Positions 29,243 through 40,392 of a DNA stretch of 64,000 nt are shown in pieces. The stretch's first letter is position 1, and each line of letters begins with the position of its first letter. Source of the DNA: an uncultured beta proteobacterium (GTDB lineage Bacteria > Pseudomonadota > Gammaproteobacteria > Burkholderiales > SG8-39); the NCBI GenBank assembly GCA_963735025.1, contig CAVTJG010000009.1:1771424-1835423 (forward strand). The letters are read 5' to 3'. Made by a program: the position numbers and the translations under genes. Below the pieces are notes generated by a model. The model ran no database searches. It saw nothing but the letters and a program-made list of their open reading frames with translations, and was not told where the DNA came from.

Positions 29243-32200
29243 CTACGTCGCAGCGCCAATACCGGCTTTGCCCAGGCCCTCTGCCGACCTGATATGCAGG
29301 TCTCGTTGCGGGAAGGGGATCTCGATCCCGGCCGCGGCGAGCGCCGCGGCGATCGCGACGTTGAGCTCGTGCGTCGTGCGCAGGCGCTTTTTCGTCGCGT
29401 CGACGTAGGCGCGGATCTCGTAGTTGAGAGAGCTGTCGCCGAAACCCATGAAGTAGACGCTCGGCGCAGGTTCCTCGAGCACGTTCGGGTTGGCGCGCAC
29501 TGCATCGGAGAGCACCTTTTCGGCGCGAACCGGATCGGTGCCATAGGCCACTCCGACCGTCAGCAGCAGTCGGGTCGTCGGACTTGAAAGGGTCCAGTTG
29601 ATCACCCGTTCGGTGATGAACGCCTTGTTTGGAATCAGGACCTCCTTGTTGTCCCAGTCCGTGATGACAGTCGCACGCGCGCGGATGCGCGTCACCGTTC
29701 CGGAGGTCTCACCGACCGTGACCAGGTCGCCGAGCCGAATCGGACGCTCGCCGAGGATGATGAGACCCGAGACGAAATTTGCGACGATCTCCTGCAGGCC
29801 GAAGCCGAGGCCCACGCCCAGCGCGGCAACCAGCCACTGCGCACTGGACCAGTTGATGCCGATCAGATTTGCCGCCATGACGATGCCCACTCCCGCCGTG
29901 ACGTATCGCGCGACGGTCTTGATCGCGTAATTTGCATCGGCTTCGAGCCGGAGACGTTGCAGCAGGACGATGTCCAGCATCCCACCGATGTTGCGCGTGA
30001 CGATGTAGGCGACGGCGCCTATCACCAGTGCCAGAAGCAACCCCGATAGGGCGACGGTACGGGTCACCGATTTTCCGTCGACCTTCTCGGTGAAAGACCA
30101 GAGCGCCCAATCGGTTCCGAAGTTCAGGGCCGAGAAGGCCTGGGACCAGATGAGCCAAAGCCCGACGCCGACCACGAGCGTCATGACCATGTTGAGGAGC
30201 TGCCGGGTTTGAGCGTCGATTGCTTCCGCATCGATCTCGATCGGCCGGACCGCCGGCGACTCGTCCGAGGGCTCCGTCTCCCGCTCCGCTGCCGCACTCG
30301 CCTGTTGCTGCTCGACCTCGGCCAGTCTGAGACGCTGCACGGCTAGCCACAGCGAGATCAGGCCGTAGGCCAGCGAAACCGAGAAGACCAGCAGGATGGT
30401 CTCGAGCACGATCCTGTGGAGAAAGGCAGCCAGGAAGTAGAACCCCGCGACGGAGAGGAGGGCGAGCCCCGCGCCGAACCATACAGGCAGGCGGATCACG
30501 ACAGCAAAGACGAACCTGAGCCCGATCGCCGAATCGTCGCGATCGATTCGGCTGAGTGGCCGATCGGGACGGAGCGCCAGTCGCCAAAGTATGGCAAGCG
30601 AGATCATCGCGAGCACGAATGCGATGCGCCCCAGGCTCTGGCGAACCGATTCTGGCGCGTGGACCGTTCCGACGACAGCCACGAAGACGAGCGGAACATA
30701 CAGCGCCAGCAGTTGCTGAAGCCGACGGTTCGCAGCGAGAACCGGCTCCTTGTGCCAGCTGAAGTGCGTGATTGCCACGCCTCCCGAATCGAAGAGCCAG
30801 CGTATCGCCCGGAAGAACAGCGCGACTTCAGCGGCGCGCCGGAATGCGAGCCCGACGCTCTGCGCGAATAGCGGCGCATTGTGCGCAGCATCGAGTGCGT
30901 AGCCGGCCGTCCAGATCGCGAATGGCGCTGGAAGCGCCAGAAGCAGGGAAATCCCCAGCGCTTCCAAGGTGTGACGCAAACGAAACGCGTGCAGGGGAAT
31001 CGCCCCGGGCGCGAGGGTCGGGAGTTTGCGCTTGAACCAGCCGCGTGCCGCCAGCAGACCCAACAGCACGACCGCCGCGAGCGCGAAGAGCGCAGAATGG
31101 CGTTGCGCCGCGCGACGCCAGGTTTCGACAACGCCGCGCCAGTTGTCTGTCGACACGAACCACTGTGCCGAGGGGCCGAGTTCGCGGAACGTCTCCAGAC
31201 TGACCGGCGCCACGGGAACCCACAAGAGCAGGCGCACGAGTTCCGCCCGGACCTCCTGGGTGCGCCGCAGTAGCGCCGATTCCGCTTCGTCGGTCGCGCG
31301 CAATGTACGCAACAGGACGTCGAGTTCCTTGTCGGCGCGTTCGAGAAGGCGTTGAAGTTCGCCGAAGGCGGTCCGCAAACGCTGTGCGATGTTCGCCTGC
31401 GATGCGGCAGGGAGGCCGGGATCGAGGCCCTGCACGGCGTCTGCTACGGCGCGATTGATGTCGGCGAACTTGGCACGCTCCAGTTCCACGTCCAACCGTG
31501 CGTCGGCAGCCTTCGCAATGGCCTCGGCACGTCGTTCTGCAGAGTTCCGGAACTGATCGGGGGTCGGGAGCGAACCGAGCTGACGAAGCAGGAGCTTGTC
31601 AAGCTCGCTGCCTTCGGTGATGGTCGATGCCCGCCGCTGCGTGGCGCGCAGCATCTGCTCGATCTCGGCAAGCTGTTCCCTCCGCTCGGAGAGTGTCGCA
31701 AGTGCTCCGCTTACTGCGAGCGATGCTTCGGCAACCTGCGCACGGCGCTCCATGGAGCGCGCCTCGATCGCGCGCGCGGGATCGATCGGACCTGCCCCCG
31801 GCGCGCGGACGCGCGCCGCTTCCTCGCGGGCCTTCGCGATCTCGGCCCGCTGGCGTTGCTCGAGCTGCGTTCGCAAGTGCCGCCAGTCCGCCGCGCGAAC
31901 GTCGCGTTTCGCCTGGGCGACATACAGCGCCAGCTGCGCAATGCGGGCTTGCGTGGGCTGCGCAACCATCTCCTGTTCGACATGGGCGAGGCGTGCCTGC
32001 CGGATCGCTTCCCTGGCTTGCGCGAGATCGCGCCGAGCCGCCGCGAGTGCGGCAGGCACGCCCGCGCCGGACTGCTCCCTGACTTGCGTATCTCGCCCGG
32101 CGGCCTCCTCGCGCAACTCGGCCTGCTCGAGGCGCGCCGAGAGAGGGCGGGCGAGGATCTGGTCGAACTGACGCTGCAGCTCGGCGACGCGCAGCCGCGC

Positions 32201-32635
32201 GTGCTCGGCTTCTTCGCGCGCGCGGCTCTCGAGGCGCTCCAGGGCGTCGAGCGGCAAGGCATCGACCTTGGCCAGCCGTTCCGGGGATGCCGCTTCGGCG
32301 CGCACTGAACGCAGCTCACGCTCGAGTCGCTGAATCGATTCCTCCGCGCTGTCCTCGGCTTTCCGCATCTCCGCGATCTCCGTGCGGAGACTGCTTGCGC
32401 TCACGAGCGCCGCGATCGCGTTCTGGTAGTCCTCGACGATCTGGGCCTTGAGCGCCGGATCGAGATCCTGACGGGCCTGTGCGTCGGAGAGCCGACCCTT
32501 TAGCGCCTCGATCGCCGTGCGTTCGACGGCGGGGGCCGTCTGCGCCGCGACAGGCTCGATGAACCCAATCGACAGGAGCGCGCTGCAGCACGCCAGAATC
32601 CAGGCGGCCATCGTTCTCGGAAGTACGCTCTTCAT
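29243..32635 (-). CDS. large MscS-family mechanosensitive channel (MscK/KefA-like)
   Basis: About 1130 aa. Signal peptide, long coiled-coil periplasmic domain, about 11 TM segments, and a C-terminal MscS core (GFGLQEIVANFVSGLIILGERPIRLGDLVTV). Start placed at ATG 32635. Confidence 0.85.
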   Translation of the reverse strand: MKSVLPRTMAAWILACCSALLSIGFIEPVAAQTAPAVERTAIEALKGRLSDAQARQDLDPALKAQIVEDYQNAIAALVSASSLRTEIAEMRKAEDSAEESIQRLERELRSVRAEAASPERLAKVDALPLDALERLESRAREEAEHARLRVAELQRQFDQILARPLSARLEQAELREEAAGRDTQVREQSGAGVPAALAAARRDLAQAREAIRQARLAHVEQEMVAQPTQARIAQLALYVAQAKRDVRAADWRHLRTQLEQRQRAEIAKAREEAARVRAPGAGPIDPARAIEARSMERRAQVAEASLAVSGALATLSERREQLAEIEQMLRATQRRASTITEGSELDKLLLRQLGSLPTPDQFRNSAERRAEAIAKAADARLDVELERAKFADINRAVADAVQGLDPGLPAASQANIAQRLRTAFGELQRLLERADKELDVLLRTLRATDEAESALLRRTQEVRAELVRLLLWVPVAPVSLETFRELGPSAQWFVSTDNWRGVVETWRRAAQRHSALFALAAVVLLGLLAARGWFKRKLPTLAPGAIPLHAFRLRHTLEALGISLLLALPAPFAIWTAGYALDAAHNAPLFAQSVGLAFRRAAEVALFFRAIRWLFDSGGVAITHFSWHKEPVLAANRRLQQLLALYVPLVFVAVVGTVHAPESVRQSLGRIAFVLAMISLAILWRLALRPDRPLSRIDRDDSAIGLRFVFAVVIRLPVWFGAGLALLSVAGFYFLAAFLHRIVLETILLVFSVSLAYGLISLWLAVQRLRLAEVEQQQASAAAERETEPSDESPAVRPIEIDAEAIDAQTRQLLNMVMTLVVGVGLWLIWSQAFSALNFGTDWALWSFTEKVDGKSVTRTVALSGLLLALVIGAVAYIVTRNIGGMLDIVLLQRLRLEADANYAIKTVARYVTAGVGIVMAANLIGINWSSAQWLVAALGVGLGFGLQEIVANFVSGLIILGERPIRLGDLVTVGETSGTVTRIRARATVITDWDNKEVLIPNKAFITERVINWTLSSPTTRLLLTVGVAYGTDPVRAEKVLSDAVRANPNVLEEPAPSVYFMGFGDSSLNYEIRAYVDATKKRLRTTHELNVAIAAALAAAGIEIPFPQRDLHIRSAEGLGKAGIGAAT

Positions 32636-32789
32636 GTGCTGATATGGGCGATACATCGCTGGCCGCGTAGTGTAGCGTGTTAGCACTGGCCGGCACGCGC
32701 TTCGGCTACTCGTTCGGCGGGCCTCCGCCCTGCGAGGCGCTTCCGCTTTCCGCTAAAATCACCCTCTTCCGGATATCGAGGCTACACCC

Positions 32790-34001
32790 ATGCCCGCCGT
32801 CAGCCGCCGCACCGCCGAGCTCGGCACCGAGAACGCATTCGTCGTGCTGGCCGAGGTGACCGCCCTTGTCCGTCAGGGGAAGGACATCATCTCGTTCTGC
32901 ATCGGGCAGCCCGATTTCGCCACGCCCCAAAACGTCCAGGAAGCGGCGATCCGCGCGATCAGGGAGGGCAAGCATGGCTACACCCCGTCCGCCGGAATCG
33001 GCGAGCTGCGTGAAGCCGCCGCCCGGTACATGGGCGGCATGCGCGGACTCAAGATCGATCCGGAACACGTCGTCGTCGGCGCAGGCGCGAAGCCGTTCAT
33101 CGCGTACGCCATTCTCTGCACCACTGACTACGGCGTGGGTGACGAGGTGATCTACCCGAACCCGGGCTTCCCGATCTACGAATCGCAGATTCGCGCCTGC
33201 GGCGCGGCGCCGGTGCCATTGCATCTGCGGGAGGCACGCAGCTTCGCCTTCGACCCGGCAGATCTGGAGGCGCGCATCACGCCGAAGACGCGGCTCGTCA
33301 TTCTGAACTCGCCGCACAATCCGACTGGCGGCATCCTCACCCGCAAGGACCTTGCCGACATCGCAACGATACTGCGCAGGCATCCCGACGTCTGGGTGTA
33401 CGCCGACGAAATCTACTCGCGGCTCTGCTACGAAGGCGAATTCGCATCGATCGCCTCGTTTCCGGACATGTACGAGCGCACCATCATCTCCGACGGTGCC
33501 TCGAAGACCTGGGCGATGACCGGCTGGCGGCTGGGATTCGCGTCCAACCCGGTCCTCGCGGGCGAGTTCACGCGCTGGGTGACGAACACCGACTCGTGCG
33601 CGTCGCAGATTTCTCAGTGGGCCGCGCTCGAGGCGATTGTTGGCCCGCAGGCGGAGGCCGAGCATATGCGCGAGTCGTTCCTGGCGCGGCGCGACTTGAT
33701 CGTCGGCCTGCTCAACGGCGTTCCGGGCGTGCAGTGCCAGACGCCGGGCGGGGCGTTCTACGCCTGGCCCAACGTCACGGAGGCGTGCCGCATGATCGGC
33801 GCCGCGGATTCCGAGGAGTTAAGAAAGCGGCTGTTGAACGAGGCCGGCGTCGCGGTGCTGGCGGACATTCACTTCGGAATGCGCGTGCCGGGCGAAGGCC
33901 AGCACATCCGGTTCAGCTACGCCGCATCGAACCAGGCAATCGAGGCGGGCATTGGCAGGATGGCCACGTTCATCCGCCGGAACACCCGCGCCGCAGCGTG
34001 A
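32790..34001 (+). CDS. pyridoxal-phosphate-dependent aminotransferase (class I, aspartate aminotransferase-like)
   Basis: 403 aa; NSPHNPTGG and SDGASKTWAMTGWRLGF (PLP-lysine region). Confidence 0.85.
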   Translation: MPAVSRRTAELGTENAFVVLAEVTALVRQGKDIISFCIGQPDFATPQNVQEAAIRAIREGKHGYTPSAGIGELREAAARYMGGMRGLKIDPEHVVVGAGAKPFIAYAILCTTDYGVGDEVIYPNPGFPIYESQIRACGAAPVPLHLREARSFAFDPADLEARITPKTRLVILNSPHNPTGGILTRKDLADIATILRRHPDVWVYADEIYSRLCYEGEFASIASFPDMYERTIISDGASKTWAMTGWRLGFASNPVLAGEFTRWVTNTDSCASQISQWAALEAIVGPQAEAEHMRESFLARRDLIVGLLNGVPGVQCQTPGGAFYAWPNVTEACRMIGAADSEELRKRLLNEAGVAVLADIHFGMRVPGEGQHIRFSYAASNQAIEAGIGRMATFIRRNTRAAA

Positions 34002-34471
34002 ATGACACGTCCGGGGAACCCGCACGGGTCTGGAAGCCGAGCGTCACCGTTGCGGCGGTGATCGAGCGCGACGGGGCGTTTCTCCTCGTGGAGGAGGAAG
34101 CGCACGGGCGGGTTGTCTTCAATCAGCCGGCGGGACACTGGGAGCCCGGTGAATCGCTGGCGGAAGCGTGCGCCAGGGAAACACTGGAGGAAACGGCGCA
34201 CCACTTTCGGCCCGACGAATTGCTGGGCGTCTACCGCTGGCACTTTCCGGAGGCGGACGTCACGTTCCTGCGCTTCGCGTTCCGTGGCGCGATCACCGGT
34301 CACGACCCGGATCGCACGCTCGACAAGGAGATCCGTCGCGCGGTCTGGCTGACCCCGGACGAGATCCGCGGCCTGCGCGCGCGGCATCGCAGCCCGCTCG
34401 TGCTCGCGTGCGTCGAGGACTACATGGCGGGCAGGCGCTTCCCGCTCGATCTCATCAGGCACTTCGAATGA
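33998..34471 (+). CDS. NUDIX hydrolase
   Basis: GTG 33998 overlaps the upstream stop (GTGA). Nudix box [22 protein letters not shown]. Confidence 0.8.
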   Translation: MNDTSGEPARVWKPSVTVAAVIERDGAFLLVEEEAHGRVVFNQPAGHWEPGESLAEACARETLEETAHHFRPDELLGVYRWHFPEADVTFLRFAFRGAITGHDPDRTLDKEIRRAVWLTPDEIRGLRARHRSPLVLACVEDYMAGRRFPLDLIRHFE

Positions 34472-35559
34472 CCGAGCGCATCGTGGTGGGAATGTCCGGC
34501 GGCGTGGATTCGTCGGTCGCCGCGCTGCTGCTCAAGCGGCAGGGCTACGACGTCGTGGGCCTGTTCATGAAGAACTGGGAAGATGACGACGATGACGAGT
34601 ACTGCTCGACACGCCAGGACCTCGTCGATGTCGCATCGGTGGCAGACGTCATCGGCGTCGAGCTGGAGGTCGTGAATTTCTCGGCCGAGTACCGGGAGCG
34701 CGTCTTCAGCGAATTCCTGCGCGAGTATTCGGCCGGGCGTACGCCGAATCCGGATGTCCTGTGCAACGCAGAGATCAAGTTCCGCGCGTTCCTCGATCAT
34801 GCGGTTGCAATGGGCGCGCAGCGCATCGCCACCGGCCATTACGCGGGTGTGCGCGCTGAGCCCGACGCGGCCGGGATCCGCCACGAGCTCCTCAAGGCCG
34901 CCGACCGCGCCAAGGATCAGAGCTATTTCCTGCACCGGTTGACCCAGGAGCAGCTGGCGCGCGTGGTGTTTCCGCTGGCGACGCTGAAGAAACCGGATGT
35001 CCGGCGCATCGCCCGGGAAGCGAGCCTTCCGGTAGCGGAGAAGAAGGACTCGACCGGCATCTGTTTCATCGGCGAGCGCCCGTTTCGCGAGTTCCTCAAT
35101 CGCTATCTTCCGCGCACTCCGGGTGCCATGCGAACGCCCGAAGGCCGGGTGATCGGTGAGCACATCGGGTTGGCGTTCTACACCATTGGCCAGCGAAAGG
35201 GCATCGGCATCGGCGGTATGAAAGAGACCGCGGCGCCGGGCGAGCCGTGGTACGTGGCGGCGAAGGACATGGCGCGGAACGAGCTGATCGTGGTGCAAGG
35301 TCACGACCATCCGCTGCTGAAGCGCGACAGCCTGGTCGCGCAGGATCTCGCGTGGGTTGCCGGCAAGCCGCCGGAGACTCGGCGCGACTACACGGCAAAG
35401 ACCCGCTATCGGCAGGCCGATGCCCAGTGTCACATCGCCGGGCTGGACGCGGAAACACTCTCGGTCGAGTTCGATGCGCCGCAGTGGGCCGTCACTCCCG
35501 GCCAGTCGGTGGTGGTCTACCGGGAAGAAGTTTGCCTGGGGGGCGGGGTGATTCAGTGA
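34468..35559 (+). CDS. mnmA: tRNA 2-thiouridine(34) synthase MnmA
   Basis: ATG 34468 overlaps the upstream stop (ATGA). PP-loop [13 protein letters not shown] and [16 protein letters not shown]. Confidence 0.9.
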   Translation: MTERIVVGMSGGVDSSVAALLLKRQGYDVVGLFMKNWEDDDDDEYCSTRQDLVDVASVADVIGVELEVVNFSAEYRERVFSEFLREYSAGRTPNPDVLCNAEIKFRAFLDHAVAMGAQRIATGHYAGVRAEPDAAGIRHELLKAADRAKDQSYFLHRLTQEQLARVVFPLATLKKPDVRRIAREASLPVAEKKDSTGICFIGERPFREFLNRYLPRTPGAMRTPEGRVIGEHIGLAFYTIGQRKGIGIGGMKETAAPGEPWYVAAKDMARNELIVVQGHDHPLLKRDSLVAQDLAWVAGKPPETRRDYTAKTRYRQADAQCHIAGLDAETLSVEFDAPQWAVTPGQSVVVYREEVCLGGGVIQ

Positions 35560-35646
35560 TGTGATTTGGCTGGTGCCGTCACCACCCGGCCGCCTGCGGC
35601 GGGGTGGCTGCGAAGCAGCCGGGGTGGTCAAGCCCCGGTTCCCGAC

Positions 35647-36255
35647 TCAATCCGAAGGCATTGTGTCGATGAACGTCGACCTGTCCATCAGCTTGTCGTA
35701 GTGACGTGCCAGTGCGGGGCAATCCGCGCGCCAGTCGAGATCCGGGAACCGGAACGTGAGCCAGCCCGCGCAGCATCCGACGGCGATATCGGCGAGCGAG
35801 TAGCCGGATCCGGCGCACCATGTGCGTCCTTCGAGATCGAGGTTCATCGCCCCGACACCGCGGCTCACCTTGCCGAGCTGGCGCTCGATCCACGCCGAAT
35901 TCTGTTCATGGGGTGGACGCTGCCGCTCTTTGCGTGCAGCGCCACCCGCATCCAGAATGCCGTCGGCGAGCGCTTCCCAGCGGCGAACCTCGAAGCGCTC
36001 CCGATGATCGGCGGGAATCAATCGCCCGATGGGAGAAACCGCATCGAGAAACTCGACGATCACGCGCGAATCGTAAAGCGCGCTGCCGTCCTCGAGGACC
36101 AGCACCGGAACCTTGCCGAGCGGATTGTGGACCGCAAGCGCCTGCTCGGATTGCCAGGGATCGACTCGTTCGAACGTATAGTCGATACGCTTCTCGGCGG
36201 CGACGATGCGCACCTTGCGCGCGAACGGACTGGCGAGCGAGCCAAAGAGCTTCAT
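35647..36255 (-). CDS. glutathione S-transferase
   Basis: 202 aa; SPFARKVRIV...NPLGKVPVLVLEDGSALYDSRVIVEFLD thioredoxin-like N-domain. Confidence 0.85.
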   Translation of the reverse strand: MKLFGSLASPFARKVRIVAAEKRIDYTFERVDPWQSEQALAVHNPLGKVPVLVLEDGSALYDSRVIVEFLDAVSPIGRLIPADHRERFEVRRWEALADGILDAGGAARKERQRPPHEQNSAWIERQLGKVSRGVGAMNLDLEGRTWCAGSGYSLADIAVGCCAGWLTFRFPDLDWRADCPALARHYDKLMDRSTFIDTMPSD

Positions 36256-36416
36256 GTTGTTCGTGTTGGATGAGGCGCACCGTTGATACCCGGTGCGCGG
36301 GTCGAGTCAAGCCGGGCGCAGGAGTATAGCCTACCTTCGGCAAGCCGCGGAATATGCCCTTCCGTATTCCCATGGCCCGGTGGCGATTCACTGGTGCGTG
36401 CCGTCACGCGTGTTAG

Positions 36417-37853
<1,437 letters not shown>

Positions 37854-37857
37854 GCGG

Positions 37858-38749
37858 TCACCCGGACTCGGATTTGGACTTGGGCTCGTCGGGAATCGCC
37901 GGGAGCGAGCGCAGGTAGGCGATCAGCGCGGCGAGATCGGCAGGGGTGAGTTGTCCGGTGGTGTTCTTCACCACCTCACCCATGGATGCGGCCGCCACGT
38001 CGCCGTCGGGCGTCAATCCCGTGGTCAGAAAATACTTGAGCTCGTCGTCGCTCCATTTTTTCAGGCGCGCGGGCGTCAGGTTCGGCACGCCTTTGCCGTC
38101 GGGACCCTTGCCGCCGGCGAGGCGTCGATCGGGATTCGGGCCGCCCAGAGCGTTGCGCGGCGTGTGGCATTCACCGCAGTGACCTAGTGCCTGGACCAAA
38201 TAGGCGCCCCGGTTCACGACCTCGGATGATGCGGGGTCGGGCTTGAAGGGGCCGGGCTGGAAGTAGAGCCATTTCCACGGGGTGACGAGCCAGCGCCAGC
38301 TGTACGGCGCTTGCAGGTCATGTGCGCGGCTTGCCTTGTCGCTGGGCGGAATCGTGCGGAGATATGCCCACAGGTCTCGCAGGTCGGCGTCCGTAATCTT
38401 CGTGAAAGACGTGTACGGAAATGCCGGAAAGTAGTTGGCGCCCTCCGGGCTCACTCCCTCGCGCATCGCTCGAACGAAGTCCGCTTCCTTCCAGTTTCCG
38501 ATTCCCGCCTGTGGATGCGGCGTGATGTTCGGCCCGTAGAAAGTCCCGAACGGCGTCTTCAATGCACGACCGCCCGCATAGCGGACTGCGCCCTCTTTCT
38601 CCTCGGTGTGACAGGCGACGCAGCCGCCGGCTTTCGCGAGGTACTCGCCATGCTTCGGGTCGCCCTGCTGGGCGGCCGCGCCGCCGGCGCATCGCCATCA
38701 GGAAGAGCGCAGTCTTGCCCAACACCAGCAGCAAATATCCGGAATGCAC
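37858..38749 (-). pseudogene. di-haem cytochrome c, signal peptide displaced by a frameshift near 38668-38692
   Basis: Two CxxCH motifs (CVACH at about 38607-38625; CGECH). The frame carrying GAAAQQGDPKHGEYLAKAGGCVACHTEE has an upstream TGA and no start. The signal-like VHSGYLLLVLGKTALFLMAM lies in another frame (GTG 38749, start uncertain). Confidence 0.7.
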
Positions 38750-38765
38750 AGTGGAAGTCTGCCGG

Positions 38766-38794
38766 AAAAAAGAAGACCCCGCCGAAGCGGGGTC
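38766..38794 (-). terminator. rho-independent terminator after the cytochrome c' gene
   Basis: On the minus strand: GACCCCGC-ttcg-GCGGGGTC followed by TTCTTTTTT. Confidence 0.65.
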
Positions 38795-38815
38795 CGTTCT
38801 GCTCAACCGCACGAG

Positions 38816-39278
38816 CTACTGTTTCTCGCGGAATTCGTCGTGGCAGGCGCCGCACGACTTTCCGATGCCTCCGATCGCCGCTTTCATCTTGCCTTCGTCG
38901 CCGCTCTTCGATGCCTCGACGAGCTGGGCAACGGCGGATTGGAAATGCTCCTGCGCTTCCTTGAACTTGCCGGGTTCCGACCAGATCACAGGTAATGCAC
39001 GCGTCTTTGCGCTCGTACCCTTGGTGCTCTCGGCGAAGTTGTCCCAGGCCATCTTGTCGAGGACATCCAGATACGCGGCATTCCGCGCGACCACTTGCGC
39101 ATTGAACGGAATTTTGCCTTGGGCCATGCCCCCGAGCGGCCCGAAATACTTGCCCTGCAGGGTCATTGCCGCTTGCCGCTGCTTGACCATGGCTTCCGGG
39201 CTTCTGGGCATGGGCCGTGAACGCGAAACTTGTGCCCAGGGCGAGGGCCAGACCGGCCGTAACAATCCTAAAATTCAT
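38816..39278 (-). pseudogene. cytochrome c' (class II, C-terminal CxxCH), one extra base near 39196-39200
   Basis: ATG 39278 with AGGAGGAG SD gives the signal peptide MNFRIVTAGLALALGTSFAFTAHAQKP. The mature part PEAMVKQRQAAMTLQGKYF...GKSCGACHDEFREKQ is in another frame. Span is 463 nt, i.e. 3n+1. Confidence 0.8.
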
Positions 39279-39449
39279 CGAATACTCCTCCTGTTGGGTT
39301 GGATGCGGGGGGAGGCCAAATGAGAGGTTCCGCCACGCTGAATGTTACAACACGCTGCGCGGGCAAACTATTCCACCGGTGGATTGCGGGGTCGCGAAAT
39401 CATTCAGCTGCCCCGCTGCCGAGGTGCCCGGACCGGCGGCGCGTCGTGA

Positions 39450-40382
39450 TCAGACGACGGCTTCCTGCTTCTTATCGCGCACGGGCTTGACGAGATCCTC
39501 GCGCTTGACGCCGAGCCAGCGGACCAGCGGCGCCATCACGAGGACCGAGGAATAGATCCCGAACAGGATGCCGATGGTCAGCGCGACTGCGAAGTAGTGC
39601 AGCGCCTCGCCGCCGAAAATCAGCATCGACAGCACGACGGTCTGCGTCGTGCCGTGCGTGATGATGGTGCGCGAGATGGTGCGGGTGATCGCGTTGTCGA
39701 TCACCTCGTTCACCGGCGTCTTGCGCATCTTGCGGAAATTCTCCCGGATCCGGTCCGCGATCACCACCGACTCGTTGACCGAGTAGCCGAGGACGGCCAG
39801 CACGGCGGCCAGCACCGGAAGCGAGAACTCCCACTGGAATAACGCGAAGAAGCCCAGGATGATCACCACGTCGTGCAGGTTGGCGATGATCGCGGAGACG
39901 CCGAATTTCCACTCGAAGCGCAGCGCGAGATACGCGACGATGCCGAGCGCGGTGACGAGCAGAGCGAGCGCGCCGTTCTCCGCGAGTTCTTTCCCGACCT
40001 GCGGGCCGACGAATTCGACGCGTCGCAACTCGGCCGTGCTGTCGACCGCAGTGAGCTTCTCCATCACGGCCTTCGACAGGTCCGACGTCGATTGCCCCTC
40101 CTTGAGCGGCATGCGGATCAGCACATCGCGGGACGTGCCGAAATTCTGCACTTGCACGTCGGAGTATCCGGCCGTATCGAGCGCGGCGCGAATGGCCTGG
40201 ACATCGGCGGCCTGCTTGTAGGCGACCTCGATGACCGTGCCGCCGGTGAACTCGATGGAAAACGCCAGGCCTCGTGTCGCAAGGAACGCCACGGCGGCGA
40301 TGAAGGTGACGAGCGAGATGATGTTGAACACCAGCGCATACCGCATGAACGGAATGTCGCGCCGGATCTTGAAGAATTCCAT
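39450..40382 (-). CDS. secF: protein translocase subunit SecF
   Basis: 310 aa; typical SecF order and sequence (FMRYALVFNIISLV...TFGTSRDVLIR...). Confidence 0.9.
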   Translation of the reverse strand: MEFFKIRRDIPFMRYALVFNIISLVTFIAAVAFLATRGLAFSIEFTGGTVIEVAYKQAADVQAIRAALDTAGYSDVQVQNFGTSRDVLIRMPLKEGQSTSDLSKAVMEKLTAVDSTAELRRVEFVGPQVGKELAENGALALLVTALGIVAYLALRFEWKFGVSAIIANLHDVVIILGFFALFQWEFSLPVLAAVLAVLGYSVNESVVIADRIRENFRKMRKTPVNEVIDNAITRTISRTIITHGTTQTVVLSMLIFGGEALHYFAVALTIGILFGIYSSVLVMAPLVRWLGVKREDLVKPVRDKKQEAVV

Positions 40383-40392
40383 TAGGCGCCCC

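Noticed and set aside
39330-39350. Possible FNR half-sites (TTGTAACATTCAG on the minus strand) upstream of the cytochrome c' gene.
   Set aside because: Only about 6 of 10 positions match TTGAT-N4-ATCAA, which is too weak to call without a matrix scan.
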